Assembly (NCBI GenBank): GCA_964036045.1
Contig: OZ038378.1
Span: 25,296,001-25,360,000 of the forward strand
Direction: 5' to 3'
Length of the DNA: 64,000 bases
From: Eutreptiella sp. 'Long Island Sound 2002'
Lineage: Eukaryota > Protista > Euglenida
Positions within the stretch are counted from its first letter, which is position 1. Every line of letters begins with the position of its first letter. Both the position numbers and the translations under genes were made by a program. Positions 62,351 to 64,000 of the stretch are shown here, piece by piece. A model generated the notes under the pieces. It had not been told where the DNA came from and searched no databases. It saw nothing but the letters and a program-made list of their open reading frames with translations.

Positions 62351-64000
62351 GGTTGCAAAGCGAAGCAGCAAAGCCCACATGAGAACAACGAAACTGCCTT
62401 CAACTTGGTACTCCACTGTCCCTATGAACAAACCACTCAGCCTTGTAAAGTCCGCTTGCTTCGAGTGTTTCGGTGCCCGTGGCTTCGCTCTTGGAGGCGG
62501 CGATGAGGTGTCCTTGACTCGGACCGCGAGGAAAAGGTTGTCCGTGGTCTCTTGGGTGATGGGGACTGCGAATAGGGTGAAGGGGAGGGCGGTGGTGATT
62601 CTGAGCGTGGATGCGACACACTTCTTGATGGCAAGCGAGGACAGTGATGTGGTGGGGATGAAGGCCGTACAACAAACTCCTCAAGGTCTGCGGGCTATGT
62701 ATGGCGACATCACCCCTGCCTTCTCGGGGTCCCCATAGTGGGGAGAGTTCAATATGGGGGATGGAAAATGGGTAAAAATGGTTGAAAATGGGCAACAAAG
62801 GGTGACAATTCAAATGTGCCACATCCCAAATGCACAGGAAGCTAAAACAACCCAGCATGGAACAAAAAACTTGTCAAAAGGGGCCAAAAGTAGGGTCCGA
62901 GTATTTGCCGACATCCAAAACTTCGCACTGTGTGCGCACTGCGTGCACGGCATTCCCTTACACACCCACAGCTGTGGGAAGCAGGAGCAAGTACTAGACC
63001 CTACAGCACAAAGCAAGTGATCCCCCCCCCCCCTCACACACACACACACACATACACCTGTGTATTGCTTGCAGACGAAAAAACCGCGTGGTGGAAACCC
63101 AGACGGGCATCATGCAAGGAAGCGAAAGGCGTAGAAGCAAATGGTGCTGGACCCTGTGCTGGACGCCCTCCAAGCAGATACTTGCTTTCCTAGAGAGAAC
63201 GCCTGCACCTCTGGAGAAGGAGGATGACTTAGTTTCAGAGGAGCGATGGTCATACCATAAGCCTGTACTTGGCCATGCCAAATATGGCCAAGTGTCACGG
63301 AAAAGTTCCGCCAAGGGCTGCCAAATGTGGACCTTCACATAGCCACACACCCACAGACCAGCGGCCTTGCACATACATATTGACATGGAACACAACAACA
63401 ACACTTGCCAAGTGGTACCAAGTGTCTCAGAAAAGCACGGCCAAATGACGCCAGGTGGCACAGAAGAATGTGCCCGGTGTGGCCAGGTGTCGTGCTTTTG
63501 ATCAAACAAACGAGGTGATTGTATTGCGTTTGGTCTGGCAATTCGAAGAGGGACTGTTGTGATTTGTTTGCTCTCCGCCCCGACCTCTAGGGTGTGAATT
63601 GACGCATGGGGGTGTGAATTGACGCATAGTGGCCGCTATAGGCCCACCAACGTTTGCCCACCAAGGTGCACACAAGCCCGCCAAACCTGTGGTGGCCAAT
63701 GCCTAGCACACTCAGCAGCAGCCAAGCAAACATGACATGACAGTGACTGAGGATGTTCCGAAACGCCGGACCCAACTACCCACATATAAGCATGGAGGCA
63801 TGCGCGCACACACGCGCGCATACACACACACACACACATAGGAGCGCGAAGCGACAAACAGAGACACCAAAAGGTTGACAGGTTTATTTCATTTCGCCAA
63901 GCCACAGAGGGCAACAAAAGCCTTGCACCACCATGTGCCTTTCGGCGGACAGCACGTGGGTGATTGTGGAAGCAGCAATGAGGGAAACCCTGGGTCAGTG

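Overview
Repeat-dense eukaryotic DNA (spliceosomal GT-AG introns, many poly-G/C runs, minisatellites). I see no host gene, rRNA, tRNA or cas gene, and the taxon cannot be assigned from the sequence. The window is a nested graveyard of DNA transposons. The standout is a 4,540-bp element (46478-51017) with perfect 26-bp TIRs and a 3-bp CGA duplication. It encodes an intact 736-aa putative DDE transposase (Academ/DUF6589-like by motif) and an intron-containing ParB/Srx-fold protein with a possible HTH. It also carries nine perfect copies of a 20-bp palindrome (CTGGCCGAAATTTCGGCCAG), mostly in ~70-bp-period arrays upstream of each gene, i.e. a parB/parS-like arrangement inside a eukaryotic transposon. 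Also present: many decayed RAG1/Transib-like (CCHH-type) transposases in at least two families (A and B); one family-A element with TGT...ACA ends and a 2-bp TSD (53562-56990); a 6.45-kb foldback element that splits an otherwise reconstructable transposase; a hAT relic; a DIRS-like gag/tyrosine-recombinase relic; and several hairpin-forming minisatellites. All family assignments come from manual motif reading, not database searches.
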